The notes: generated by a model not told the origin, from the letters alone. A stretch of DNA of 64,000 bases from an uncultured Myxococcales bacterium (GCA_965603475.1 CBFDDD010000013.1:2687-66686), one strand, 5' to 3'; shown: positions 28,354 to 36,378, counted from the first letter of the stretch. A program made the numbers and translations.

Positions 28354-29247
28354 CTAGTCCTCGAGCAGGGCGACTCGCTGCTCGAGATCCTCCAGGGATG
28401 CGATGTGATCCACTCCGCCTGGAAGTTTGATCGCGCTCGCGCCAGATCCACCGAGCCAGAGATGAATCGGGCCCGCCAACCCTTCGCGGAGGGCGAGAAT
28501 CGTACGCGTTGCCTGTGAAGTCGGGATCGTGACAAGACTCAGGCCTAGTGCCACTGCGCGGGTTTCCTCAACGGCACTCAGTAGATCGTCGACGGGCACC
28601 TCGCTTCCCAGATAAAGGGGGTTTGCTCCCGCGCCGAGCGCGGTCAGAGCCGCAATCAACCCACCGAGCTCGTGGCGCTCTCCGGTTGGCGTCGCGAATA
28701 CGACACGAGGACCCAGGATTGAGCTGGAGGTTTGTTGAAGCGCCGATCCGAGCAATGATCGAAGAATGCCTGTCGCAAGATGTTCTGCTGCAATGCCCAT
28801 CTCTCCATTGGCCCAGCGCACGCCGATCTCGTGCACGAGCGGAATTGCGATCTCGCGCGCAAACCTCGATGGACCCAGAGTGGACAGTTGAAAGGAGAGA
28901 AGCCTCTGGGAAGTCGCATCATCGAGTCGGTCGAGTGCAGCCAGGATCTCGTCGAGCTGGCCGGCCGGACGGGCTTCACCGACCGCCGACCTGCTTTTTA
29001 GCTCTGAGACGTCCAGCTTTGCGACTTTTCCGATCCGGTGACCTGCATCGACCGCGGCCTTCACCAGACGAAGCCGTTCAAGGTCGGCTGCGCTGTATCG
29101 CCGCGTCCCACCCGCCGTTCGAAGAGGCACGACGACTTCATATCGTCGTTCCCAAGCACGCAGTAGCTCCGGCGAAAGGCCGGTCAGCCGCGCGGCGGTG
29201 CGAAGTGGGTAGGTCAGCTCGAGTGGATCGCCTTCTGCTTCTGACAT
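28354..29247 (-). CDS. carH: CarH/LitR-type light-responsive regulator (MerR HTH plus cobalamin-binding domain), paralog 1
   Basis: MerR HTH YPLRTAARLTGLSPELLRAWERRYEVVVPLRTAGGTRRYS. Wx9EH motif in RWANGEMGIAAEHLATG. Lower-axial His motif in ATPTGERHELGG. Confidence 0.85.
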   Translation of the reverse strand: MSEAEGDPLELTYPLRTAARLTGLSPELLRAWERRYEVVVPLRTAGGTRRYSAADLERLRLVKAAVDAGHRIGKVAKLDVSELKSRSAVGEARPAGQLDEILAALDRLDDATSQRLLSFQLSTLGPSRFAREIAIPLVHEIGVRWANGEMGIAAEHLATGILRSLLGSALQQTSSSILGPRVVFATPTGERHELGGLIAALTALGAGANPLYLGSEVPVDDLLSAVEETRAVALGLSLVTIPTSQATRTILALREGLAGPIHLWLGGSGASAIKLPGGVDHIASLEDLEQRVALLED

Positions 29248-29392
29248 GGCCGTATTCTATATCGAATCACAGATCTGTCCATATTCAATCTCCTCAATCG
29301 TCCCCCCTTCAATTTACAAAAAATACTGTAAACCATTGTTTTATAACAATAAAAATGCACGATGAGTTGACAATCTGATCTCCAAAAAAAAT

Positions 29393-29440
29393 ATTGTATA
29401 GATAATATCTTGACAGAAACTCAAATCGAGAGGATAGTCC
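29393..29440. promoter_or_regulatory. bidirectional promoter/operator module, copy 1 (carH1 <-> SRPBCC operon)
   Basis: Plus strand: ATTGTATAGATAATATCTTGACA-N17-GATAGTCC, giving -35 TTGACA at 29410-15 and -10 GATAGT at 29433-38, then SD GGAGGA at 29455-60. Minus strand: TTGAGT (29424-19)-N18-TATACA (29400-395) pointing at carH1. An imperfect 21-bp palindrome TGTATAGATAATATCTTGACA spans both promoters. Confidence 0.55.
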
Positions 29441-29465
29441 CGCCATTGCGGAACGGAGGAGTGAA

Positions 29466-30047
29466 ATGGCCAGATATGTAGACGCGATTGACCTGCCCAT
29501 CCCAATAGAGGAGGCATTCGACTATCTCGCTGATTTCAGCCGCACCGCTGAATGGGACCCAGGCGTCGAGGAGTCTCATCGTCTAACGAAGGGCAAGGTC
29601 CGTGTCGGCAGCCGGTTCAATGTGATCGTTTCGTTTTTCGGGCAGTCGATTCCGCTCGAGTACGAGATCACCGAATTCGATCGACCCTCGCGTTTGGTCC
29701 TGAGCGGAGGCGATTCCTCCGTGCGTTCAATCGACGAAATTACCTTCGTCGCAAGACCTGGCGGTACCCGCGTCACCTACGAGGCGAGAATCGATCTGGT
29801 CGGCATTCGCCGGATAGCAGATCCCCTGGTCGATATTCTGATGCAGCGAGTCGGTCGCCTCGCGGTGCGAGGTTTGCGAGAGCGACTGTCTGGGATTGGC
29901 CAAATGAACAATGAACCGGGAGCGCCTCCCGAGGATGCGATTACGTCGAGGGAAGGCAAGCGTCGATCTTCTACGCGAAGCGGAAAAAGCGCCAGAGCCG
30001 CAAAAAACTTCACTTCCAATCAACAAGAAAAAGGAGTTGCATCATGA
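29466..30047 (+). CDS. SRPBCC (polyketide cyclase/dehydrase-like) family protein
   Basis: MARYVDAIDLPIPIEEAFDYLADFSRTAEWDPGV... is typical of the family. Confidence 0.8.
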   Translation: MARYVDAIDLPIPIEEAFDYLADFSRTAEWDPGVEESHRLTKGKVRVGSRFNVIVSFFGQSIPLEYEITEFDRPSRLVLSGGDSSVRSIDEITFVARPGGTRVTYEARIDLVGIRRIADPLVDILMQRVGRLAVRGLRERLSGIGQMNNEPGAPPEDAITSREGKRRSSTRSGKSARAAKNFTSNQQEKGVAS

Positions 30048-30280
30048 ACGTAAGAGTCGAAGAACCACGTGCGAAGGAGCGCGCAATTGAGAGGCGAGAG
30101 GTGATTCCAGGCGTCAGCAAACCAAAGGCATTGTTCATTCTGGCGGCCGGACTCTCGTTCCTGATGTCAGTGTCGCTCTTCTTCACAGGAAGCCAGGAGC
30201 AAGGAATCTACGTCGGCATCTGGGTTCCCTCGATCTTGTCGGCCGGTGCATTGTTGCTTGGAGGGAACGGTCGTGAGTGA
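30044..30280 (+). CDS. small membrane protein (2 predicted TM)
   Basis: ATGA overlap with the SRPBCC stop. ...KALFILAAGLSFLMSVSLFF...IYVGIWVPSILSAGALLLGG. Confidence 0.55.
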   Translation: MNVRVEEPRAKERAIERREVIPGVSKPKALFILAAGLSFLMSVSLFFTGSQEQGIYVGIWVPSILSAGALLLGGNGRE

Positions 30281-30437
30281 AGTTGTCCTACTGTCCTTTG
30301 GATGCGCTGTGAGCTTCATCGTCGTTGCAGCTGTCTATATCTATGTAACCGAAGACTTCGCGGGAGCCGAGGGATACCGCAAGCAGGAGGCGAAAAGCGC
30401 AGACGGCGAAGTCAAGGATCTTTCAAAAATGGCATGA
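30273..30437 (+). CDS. small membrane protein (1 TM)
   Basis: GTG 30273 overlaps the previous stop (GTGAGTGA). VSEVVLLSFGCAVSFIVVAAVYIYV, then a charged tail. Confidence 0.45.
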   Translation: MSEVVLLSFGCAVSFIVVAAVYIYVTEDFAGAEGYRKQEAKSADGEVKDLSKMA

Positions 30438-30574
30438 TCACATTCGAGGTCTGCGAGCCGGCGCTGAATACCCTGGCGATTATCGCTGTGGGGTTTGGGG
30501 GGCGAGTGACCGCATCGCCGTATTGGACTGCATGCCAGCGCAAAATCGAGAAGAACTCTGACTGTCGCAGATGA
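30434..30574 (+). CDS. possible 46-aa micro-ORF
   Basis: ATGA overlap with the previous stop. MITFEVCEPALNTLAIIAVGFGGRVTASPYWTACQRKIEKNSDCRR. Support comes only from the coupling geometry. Confidence 0.3.
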   Translation: MITFEVCEPALNTLAIIAVGFGGRVTASPYWTACQRKIEKNSDCRR

Positions 30575-30586
30575 GAGAGCAATATA

Positions 30587-32110
30587 ATGAGAATTGCAAA
30601 CAAGCTTTCACGCATTGAACTCTCTGATTGGACGGGGCAGCAAGAACGCCTTGGAGCATTCTGGCGAGAGCGTCCGGTCGTACTCGTATTCATTCGCCAC
30701 TTTGGTTGACTTTTTTGCCGAGAGCAAGTCGCGCAGTTGCGCGACCGAATGAACGAAATACGCGCCCAAGGAGCAGAGATCGTCATCGTCGGGAACGGAG
30801 CCGAAAATTTTGCGGCGGCCTTCCGAGAGGATTTCGACCTCGATTGTCCGATTCTGGTGGATCCGGATCTCCGCGCGTATCGCGCGGCCGGTCTTCGAAG
30901 AGGCCGGGTTGAACTGCTCTCCCCGAGGCTTCCTCTGAATGCGCTGCGCGCTCTTCGTGCAGGTTCTCGCCAGACGGGCGTTCAGGGTGACCCCTGGCAG
31001 CTCGGCGGATTGTTCGTGATTAGGCCTGATGGCGAGCTGATGTATCGACATGTTAGCCGCGAGGCGGGAGATCATCCGCCTGTGGACGAAATTCTCGAGG
31101 CGCTCGAAGAAGGGGCAGAGCCAATCTCCGATATGTCTGGTTCTTCCGCGGGTCAAGTCTGGCTGGGACGCGCGCTCAGTCGAGTCGTTGATCCATTCAT
31201 CGTTTCCTCCTTCGACCGAACTGGATTCCGAATTCATAGCTTGACCTTTGGGGCCGACGACCTGGATGTCGATCTCTCGGGAAGACGGTGTCTCGTTACC
31301 GGCGCGAACTCAGGGATCGGGTACGAGACAGCGTTGGCGATGGCGGACCTCGGCGCTGAGGTCGTGCTTCTCTGTCGCAATGCCGAGCGAGGTACCGAGG
31401 CGGTAGAGCGTGTGCGCCAGCAAACAGGAAATTCGCGGGTATCGCTCGAGATCGTCGACATGTCGGACATGGAATCGATTCGAGCGGCGGCGGTTCGGCT
31501 GAATTCAGCACCGATCGATATATTGGTGCACAATGCGGGCGTTCTGCCGGATGAGCGCGTCGAGAGCCGTGATGGGTTGGAACTCACACTGGCCACGCAT
31601 GTGGTCGGGCCATTCCTGCTCACGCGCCTACTGCGCGAGAGCCTGGAAAAGTCCTCCGATGGTCGGGTGATCTGGGTTTCGTCGGGTGGAATGTACTCTC
31701 GCCGATTGAATCTGGAGGATCCGAACTGGAAGGGTCGCGATTACGATGGTGTTCTCGCCTACGCCGAGACCAAGCGCGCCCAGGTGATCCTTGCTGAGCT
31801 CTGGGCTGAAGAACTGCGGGGGGGGCCCGTCGTCGTGAACGCGATGCATCCCGGTTGGGCTGACACGCCCGCCGTACAGGACTCGCTGCCTCGGTTCCAT
31901 AAAGTGACTCGTCATATCCTGCGTACGCCGGCCGAGGGGGCAGATACCGTTGTTTGGCTTGCGGCGTCCGAACAGGGGCGACGATCGACCGGTCGATTCT
32001 TCTTCGATCGAAGGGAGCGGAGAACCCATCTGATTCCCATCACGAGGGAATCCCAGAAGGATCGTCGAGCACTCTGGGCGCTTTGTGAAAATCTAAGCTC
32101 AAAGAGTTAG
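30587..32110 (+). CDS. peroxiredoxin-like (AhpC/TSA_2, PRXL2/SelU-like) domain with UxxC, fused to an SDR domain; predicted selenoprotein
   Basis: The frame is open from ATG 30587 to the stop at 32108-10 except for TGA 30707-09: ...RPVVLVFIRHFG[U]LFCREQVAQLRD... This aligns with the in-window paralog LLVFLRHFGCIFCREIVGDLRK. SDR part: CLVTGANSGIG, HNAG, YAETK. The track ORF starts only at TTG 30737. Confidence 0.75.
30728..30745 (+). promoter_or_regulatory. SECIS-like hairpin downstream of UGA 30707
   Basis: GTCGCGCA-GT-TGCGCGAC has perfect arms. A realistic fold is a 7-bp stem with an AGUU loop. It starts 18 nt after the UGA and carries GU at the apex. Confidence 0.55.
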
Positions 32111-32186
32111 CCGGTGCCAAACGATTCGATTTCTCCGTCAGCTGTGCTCCGTAACGTGGGGAGAAATTGAGACTCAATCGTCCGGT

Positions 32187-32414
32187 TCAACTCCAGCCTG
32201 GTTTCCACTGAGTGTTGTCCGCGAGTTCACACGCTCCTACGAATTGCTCACGACCGGACAGGATGGCGCGAAGGCGGACCGAACGGTCTTCTTGGCCGGC
32301 GACAGAACGTTTCACAACAGCGATAACGATAAAGTGCTTGTCGCGCTCCTTTGGAAGAGTTGCCGTCCAACTCGAGCCGAGGAGCTTCTTCGGGTGAATG
32401 ACGTTCGAGGGCAA
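32187..32414 (-). CDS. TIGR02450-like Trp-rich small protein
   Basis: ..VIHPKKLLGSSWTATLPKERDKHFIVIAV...NTQWKPGWS matches the family pattern (NPKKLL.SKWTA...EKHF.V...W..GW). The only in-frame start is TTG 32414. Confidence 0.7.
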   Translation of the reverse strand: MPSNVIHPKKLLGSSWTATLPKERDKHFIVIAVVKRSVAGQEDRSVRLRAILSGREQFVGACELADNTQWKPGWS

Positions 32415-32617
32415 GGTAGATTCTCCGCTCTTGGATCGGCTTTACGATGAACTCGCTACTGATATTGTCGTCACCGTTGATGATTCGTTCTGGTCTGATC
32501 GCAATGTAGCCCTCGAAGTCCAATCATGGACTGAGCGAAGCGCAGATTCGGATTTTGTGCGGACCCGCGTCAACGCTCCACGAGATTTCTAGAACGCCCT
32601 GGTTGAAGGATTCCAAC

Positions 32618-32947
32618 ATGCCCAACTACCCCGAAAAAACCTGCAGCATCGAGCGCCTCGTGCGCCAGAAGAAGCTCGTCGACGCGACCCTTGCTGGAAC
32701 CAAGACGGAGCAGCGGCGGGATGGCGTGTACGGCTATCCCGGCGAATCGTTCACGCTCGAATCACGCAGCTTCGAAATCGTCTCATTGACCCACGATCGT
32801 CTTGGCGACATGACGGACGAAGAAGCCCGCGCCGAAGGCTTCACGGATCTCGAAACCTACCGGGCGTTGATCATCCGGATGCATCGCGGGATGGAATGGG
32901 ATCCGGACCATCTCGTCTGGGTTCACCGTTTTCGAGAAGTGCGCTAG
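32618..32947 (+). CDS. ASCH-domain protein
   Basis: From ATG 32618, with SD GAAGGA at 32605-10: MPNYPEKTCSIERLVRQKKLVDATLAGTKTEQRR... Confidence 0.75.
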   Translation: MPNYPEKTCSIERLVRQKKLVDATLAGTKTEQRRDGVYGYPGESFTLESRSFEIVSLTHDRLGDMTDEEARAEGFTDLETYRALIIRMHRGMEWDPDHLVWVHRFREVR

Positions 32948-33012
32948 GTGAACGGTGTGGACGAGCGAGATGGGCTAATGTGCCCGAGCCCGTATCGCCA
33001 GGGAGTGCGACG

Positions 33013-33648
33013 ATGTCCTCGGATTCAGTGGTGAAGGAGCGCCGTGCCGATGAGCCTGAACCCGCCGCGGCGGTTCAGGGTCACGAAGGCGGCCTTCACC
33101 CAGATTCCATCTCGCCCGAGACACTCGAAGCATCCGTCGTGGGGGTCGGGCTTTCACCGGGTTCGTTGCGAGACCAACTCGCGTCGGCCGAGACACTGCT
33201 GGTCTTCCTGCGCCACTTCGGCTGCATCTTCTGTCGTGAGATCGTAGGAGACCTTCGCAAGGCGACGACGGAGATCGACAATTTCCCGGACGTGCTCTTC
33301 TTCTTCCAGGGGACGCCGACGGAGGGCCGTGCATTCCTCCGGCGTGATTGGCCGGACGCACGCGCGGTGGCCGACCCGGAGCTCGAATTCTACGAGCGCT
33401 TCGGTGTTCACCGAGCGAGTTATTTCGAAGCGCTCGGCCCCGCGGTGTTCGCCGCCGGTCGCAGAGCGCGAAAGAAGGGATACGAAGGCGGACCGCGCTC
33501 CGGCGATATCTGGAGAATGCCCGGGATCTTCGCTGTGGAGCGAGAGCGTGTGATCTGGTCGCATCGTCCTCGCCATGCTGCGGACCATCCCGACTTTAGT
33601 GAGATCCCATCACTGATTCGCGCTGCACAGGGGTCCGGCGGGCAGTGA
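33013..33648 (+). CDS. peroxiredoxin-like protein (AhpC/TSA_2), Cys form with CxxC
   Basis: From ATG 33013: ...LLVFLRHFGCIFCREIVGDLRK...IWRMPGIFAVERERVIW. It is the Cys-containing paralog of the N-terminal domain of 30587..32110. Confidence 0.8.
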   Translation: MSSDSVVKERRADEPEPAAAVQGHEGGLHPDSISPETLEASVVGVGLSPGSLRDQLASAETLLVFLRHFGCIFCREIVGDLRKATTEIDNFPDVLFFFQGTPTEGRAFLRRDWPDARAVADPELEFYERFGVHRASYFEALGPAVFAAGRRARKKGYEGGPRSGDIWRMPGIFAVERERVIWSHRPRHAADHPDFSEIPSLIRAAQGSGGQ

Positions 33649-34036
33649 GTTTCAAGAGGTCTCTCCCATTCGGATTTCTCGGTCTGGCCACTTTCTGGAC
33701 ATTCCACGCGGTCGCCGACATCAACCTCCCCGATCGGTATGCGCTTGGTCCCGCCCCGCGTGATTTCGGCGATTGATCAACGAGCTGGAGCGGCAATTTT
33801 TCTCACGGAACTTTCGGCGTCCGATTCCCATTCTTGATGCGTCGCCTGGGAACGCTCTTTCGAAGCGGGTCGGCCACACCCACGCGCGCGGGGAATGACG
33901 GCGTTTATCTGCGCGAGAACGCCACGGAATCAGACTGGGGCGGATCCATATTGACCTCGCCAATGATTCCTGAATCAAACAATCGCTCGAACCCGAACCC
34001 CGACTATCACTTATGTCATGGCGGCGACCCTACAGG

Positions 34037-34957
34037 TCAGTAGAATTTTTCGAGGATATCCGTTTGCGCAAGGGTGTGTGTCGGGTACCGGAAAGCGAAT
34101 CCGCAGCCAATCAGTCGTGTCGGCAAAATGTTGTAGCTCGAAAGAACCAGCGAAGAAGCTTCGCCGAGCGCGGCACGAACGAGTACGGAAGGAACCTTGA
34201 TGAAACTCGGACGCCTGAGGCTCCGAGCGAGCGTTCGACCGAACGTCTCGAGCGATACCGGCTCCGGACCGACCAGGTTGATCGGCCCGCTCAGTTCCCT
34301 GTGTTCGAGGACGAAACGCATCATATTGACAAGATCTTCTATGTGCACCCAGGGAATTTTCTGGCTGCCGTCTCCGATCGGTCCACCTAGACCAAGCCGA
34401 TAGATCGGCACGAGAGGCGCGAGCATTCCGCTTTCAGCCAGTACCAGACCGATCCTCAAGCAGGCCTGTCGCCGCTTCGTCGTCATTGCTGCAGCGGCTG
34501 CCTCTTCCCAGTCGGTGCACAGACGCGTCATGAAGGTGTTAGGTGTGGGTAGAGGCGAGCTTTCATCGAAAGGCTCATGCGTATCACCCGGATAAATCCC
34601 GATCGCACTGGCGCAGAAAAAGTCCGTTACGTCGTCGGTGAGAGAGGCGACGAGCTTCTGCGTGCTGAGGATGCGAGATTCGCGCAGCGCCTTCTTCTTG
34701 CGAGCCGTCCAACGCCCGCTGCCGATATTCTCGCCCATCAGGTGATACACTGCAGAGACACCCGCGAGTGCCGCGACTGGGAAGGGCTCATGCCGATAGT
34801 CCCAGTCGAAGCATTTGACAGAGTCGCCCAGGCTCTTCTGAGCACGAGCGCGATCTCGTGATGTGGCTACGACATGGTGGCCGTCTCTTTCGAGCGAAGC
34901 GACGAGTCGCTTGCCGAGCAACCCGGTCGCGCCGGTAATGAGGATTCGTTTCGACAT
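34037..34957 (-). CDS. TIGR01777-family (YfcH-like) NAD-dependent epimerase/dehydratase-fold protein
   Basis: From ATG 34957: MSKRILITGATGLLGKRLV...GRWTARKKKALRESRILST. The start shares one nucleotide with the upstream stop (TGATG). Confidence 0.85.
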   Translation of the reverse strand: MSKRILITGATGLLGKRLVASLERDGHHVVATSRDRARAQKSLGDSVKCFDWDYRHEPFPVAALAGVSAVYHLMGENIGSGRWTARKKKALRESRILSTQKLVASLTDDVTDFFCASAIGIYPGDTHEPFDESSPLPTPNTFMTRLCTDWEEAAAAAMTTKRRQACLRIGLVLAESGMLAPLVPIYRLGLGGPIGDGSQKIPWVHIEDLVNMMRFVLEHRELSGPINLVGPEPVSLETFGRTLARSLRRPSFIKVPSVLVRAALGEASSLVLSSYNILPTRLIGCGFAFRYPTHTLAQTDILEKFY

Positions 34958-35835
34958 CAAATAGTTCGGGGTGGGCGGGGAAAGAGCGCCGGCGTCGATC
35001 GCATGTAGGCGACGAAATTCGGATCTTCTCCCCACTTCTTTTTCGCGCGGGCTTCGAGTAGCGGGACACCGCTAATCCGTGTGAGCAGGAGATACACAAA
35101 AACAGGCGAGATCAGGGTCGCGAGCTGCCAGCCTGATAGCACGGGCACCGCAATCAAGGCGATTCCGATCCAGAGGGCGATCTCGCCGAAATAGTTGGGG
35201 TGCCGGGACCAGGCCCAGAGACCCGATCGGATGAAGCCGTCGCGATTGCCGGAGTCGGCCCGAAAGCGACGTTTCTGTTGATCCGCGGCCACTTCGATTG
35301 CGAAGCCCACAGCCCACAGAAGGCATCCAAGAGCCGCGAATATTCCCAATGGTCGAACTTCACTCGAAGTCATCGCCGCGAGCGCACAGGCAGCCGTCAG
35401 GAAGACCCATAGCGCCTGCAGTGTCCAGGCCATCAGGAATCGCGGCAGACTCATTTTGATCTGGTCGAAGCGTCGATCGGAACCGTCTCGATTGACACGA
35501 ATGAAGAGGAAACTCCCGAGGCGCAAGGCCCATACGGCGATCAGGCCTCCGAGGACGAGCGATCGGGGGTCCAGCTCTCCGCGCAGGCTAACGGCCAGAG
35601 CGACGAGGCTCATGTAGGTCATGCTGCCAGTGAGATCGTAATAGCGCTCGGTCTTGGAGGCGTAGGCGCCAACGAATGCCGACCAGTTGATCGCCAATGA
35701 ACAGAGGCCGCACAGAGCGAAGAGTGGAATACCCAAGGCTTGGATCCCATTGTGACTACCGGCCCAGGCGATCGCGGTTCCGAGCAGCAGAATGAGGGGG
35801 ATCGCGGCGGCGCTTTGCATTTCGAGTTTAGTCAT
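34957..35835 (-). CDS. DUF1295 (steroid 5-alpha-reductase / ICMT-like) membrane protein
   Basis: Polytopic protein with GLWAWSRHPNYFGEIALWIG near the C-terminus. Confidence 0.85.
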   Translation of the reverse strand: MTKLEMQSAAAIPLILLLGTAIAWAGSHNGIQALGIPLFALCGLCSLAINWSAFVGAYASKTERYYDLTGSMTYMSLVALAVSLRGELDPRSLVLGGLIAVWALRLGSFLFIRVNRDGSDRRFDQIKMSLPRFLMAWTLQALWVFLTAACALAAMTSSEVRPLGIFAALGCLLWAVGFAIEVAADQQKRRFRADSGNRDGFIRSGLWAWSRHPNYFGEIALWIGIALIAVPVLSGWQLATLISPVFVYLLLTRISGVPLLEARAKKKWGEDPNFVAYMRSTPALFPRPPRTI

Positions 35836-35844
35836 GGACGGTAT

Positions 35845-36378
35845 TTATCCTCGAGCCAGTGGATTTCTTGCTGGCATAGCTTCGTGAGGCGATACGGCGA
35901 GAGACCTCTCTTCGGCCGGCGAAGCCTGGGGCGTCAGCAACTCACGCACTCTGTTCTCCCGGTACTCGAAGATTCGATCTAGTCTCGAACGAATCAGGGG
36001 ATGTGCCATTCGGCCGAGCGGCTCGAATGGGAGCGCATAATGAACTTCGTCGCGGATGCGTGTCGACGCGTCACTGACAGATTCGAATCGATGCTCATGA
36101 ATCCACGTGTGAAAGGGACCTGAGATTTGTTCGTCGACGAATCGCCTTCCGGGCTCCCAGCAAGTTATTTCGGTCAACCAGGAGAAGGGGATTCCGAAGA
36201 GTCGGATGCGATACTCGATTCGTGTTCCGGCTTTCATCTCGATCGGCATAGCTGTCCGGATCTCGAAACGCAGCTCCGGTGGTGTGAGCGTCTCGAGGTT
36301 CGAAGCGTCGCAGAATAGGTCAAATGCATCCTCGAGCGAGCGCGCCAGCGTCATGTCCGTATAGAGAGCGTAGGTCAT
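35845..36378 (-). CDS. SRPBCC family protein
   Basis: ...FDLFCDASNLETLTPPELRFEI...GPFHTWIHEHRFE. ATGA overlap with the DCC gene stop. Confidence 0.8.
   Translation of the reverse strand: MTYALYTDMTLARSLEDAFDLFCDASNLETLTPPELRFEIRTAMPIEMKAGTRIEYRIRLFGIPFSWLTEITCWEPGRRFVDEQISGPFHTWIHEHRFESVSDASTRIRDEVHYALPFEPLGRMAHPLIRSRLDRIFEYRENRVRELLTPQASPAEERSLAVSPHEAMPARNPLARG

Noticed and set aside
28548-29378. 276-aa plus-strand ORF over the carH1 locus
   Set aside because: It is antisense to the motif-supported CarH gene, is Arg-rich, and runs into the AT-rich intergenic region.
33645-34043. Possible third UGA-recoded gene (43 codons, a TGA at 33774-76, then 88 more open codons)
   Set aside because: There is no redox-type motif around the TGA (..PRDFGD*STSW..). 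I found no convincing hairpin within 40 nt downstream, and I recognise no family on either side. The open frame is probably chance in GC-rich DNA or a decayed gene.
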